Assembly (NCBI RefSeq): GCF_018350175.1
Contig: NC_058368.1
Coordinates: 18,168,001-18,232,000 of the forward strand
From: Felis catus
Lineage: Eukaryota
Length of the DNA stretch: 64,000 bases
Direction: 5' to 3'
Shown here: in pieces, positions 63,010 through 64,000 of the stretch
Numbering within the stretch: the first letter of the stretch is position 1
Layout: every line of letters begins with the position of its first letter
Notes under the pieces: generated by a model
Seen by the model: only the letters and a program-made list of their open reading frames with translations
What the model was told of the DNA's origin: nothing
Databases searched by the model: none
Program-made: the position numbers and the translations under genes

Positions 63010-63298
63010 ACCACCCGCCATATTTAAAATTAGCACCTGCCCCTACCACCTTGGCATTCCTAATCCCCTTCCCTAGCTCTGCTTACCCCCCGACTCCCTG
63101 TAGCAACTAATCACCTTCTAAAATACTATATGATTTAATTTCATGTGTTTATCATCTATTTTCTATCCCTTCCTGCTAAAGAGTAAGCTCTGGGAGGACA
63201 GGGGGCTTCATCTGTTTCATTTCCTGATGTCCTAAGAGCCTCAAAGGGTGCCTGGCGCTTTCTAGGCATGGAAGTAACATCTGCTGAATGAATGAACA
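63010..63298 (+). mobile_element. L2a-like 3' end
   Basis: gtaagctctgggaggacagggggcttcatctgtttc..gtgcctggc..atctgctgaatgaatgaa. Confidence 0.85.
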
Positions 63299-63539
63299 AG
63301 CAGCGGCCGGACAGGGCGGAGGCCAGCTGTAGTGCCTGAGACGCTTGCCTCTGCTGTGCCCCTGTTTGCACTCAATTCCCAGTCCGTGGTTCCTTCCCTG
63401 TAAAAATCCACTCTTCCCAAGGGTCTTAAAACTCACTCAGCAAAAGCCTTCAGTGACTTCTCAGTTTAATGCACTCCTATTTCCTGGAGTTATTACATTT
63501 CAGCAAGGATCACAGTGTCAAGCTAATAGAATTTTGTGA

Positions 63540-64000
63540 GACTTTTTTTTTTTTTTTAGAGCATTTTTAGGTTCACAAAAACTGAGGGGAAGGTACAGAA
63601 ATTTCCCACATGGCTCCTGTCGCTGTGGATGCGCAGACTTCCTTACTATCAGCACCCCTCACCAGAGAACACACTTGTCACAATTGTTGAACCTACACTG
63701 ACAAATACAACGTCCCAAATCCATAGCTTATTGTAGAGCTCACTCTTGGTGGTGCACACGCTGTGGGTTTGGACAAATGTTTGAAGACCTGTAGCTGTCA
63801 TAATACCAGGCAGAACAGTGTCCTGACCCTAAAACTTCTTTGTGCTTTGGCTGTTCTCTGCCAACCTCCACAATCCCTGAAAACGCCTCAGCTTTTTACC
63901 GACTCCATAGTTTTGCCTTTTCCAGAATGTCCTATAGCCGGAATCATACAGTATGTAGCCTTTTCAGATTGACTTCTTTTACTTCATTTAAGGTTTTTCC
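63540..64000 (-). mobile_element. L1MC-like 3' end, runs off the window
   Basis: tttttagagcatttttaggttcacaaaaactgaggggaaggtacaga..atagttttgccttttccagaatgtcctatag..cagtatgtagccttttcagattg. Confidence 0.9.

Overview
Mammalian non-coding DNA (intergenic or intronic), almost certainly from a felid: it carries about 22 tRNA-derived Can-SINE (SINEC_Fc-type) copies and feline-type L1 3' ends. I found no credible host protein-coding exon, RNA gene or CRISPR array; the listed ORFs are short and mostly explained by repeats or chance. Much of the window is interspersed repeats (Can-SINE, L1, L2, MIR, MLT1/MER21/LTR33 LTRs, Tigger1, MER5A, MER53), plus a 16-bp minisatellite at about 14.9-15.6 kb and several CpG-retaining, motif-dense candidate enhancers (about 29-32.5, 45.4-46.1 and 48.6-49.1 kb). 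The most notable signal is a repeat-free stretch at about 3.1-4.8 kb. Its minus-strand translation, broken by stops and frameshifts, gives about 10 co-linear motifs resembling bornavirus L polymerase (end of the RdRp domain, capping domain, connector), i.e. a candidate decayed endogenous bornavirus-like L element (EBLL). That call rests on a by-eye alignment to my recollection of the BoDV-1 L sequence and needs tBLASTn/HMM confirmation. Repeat family names and boundaries are by-eye approximations.
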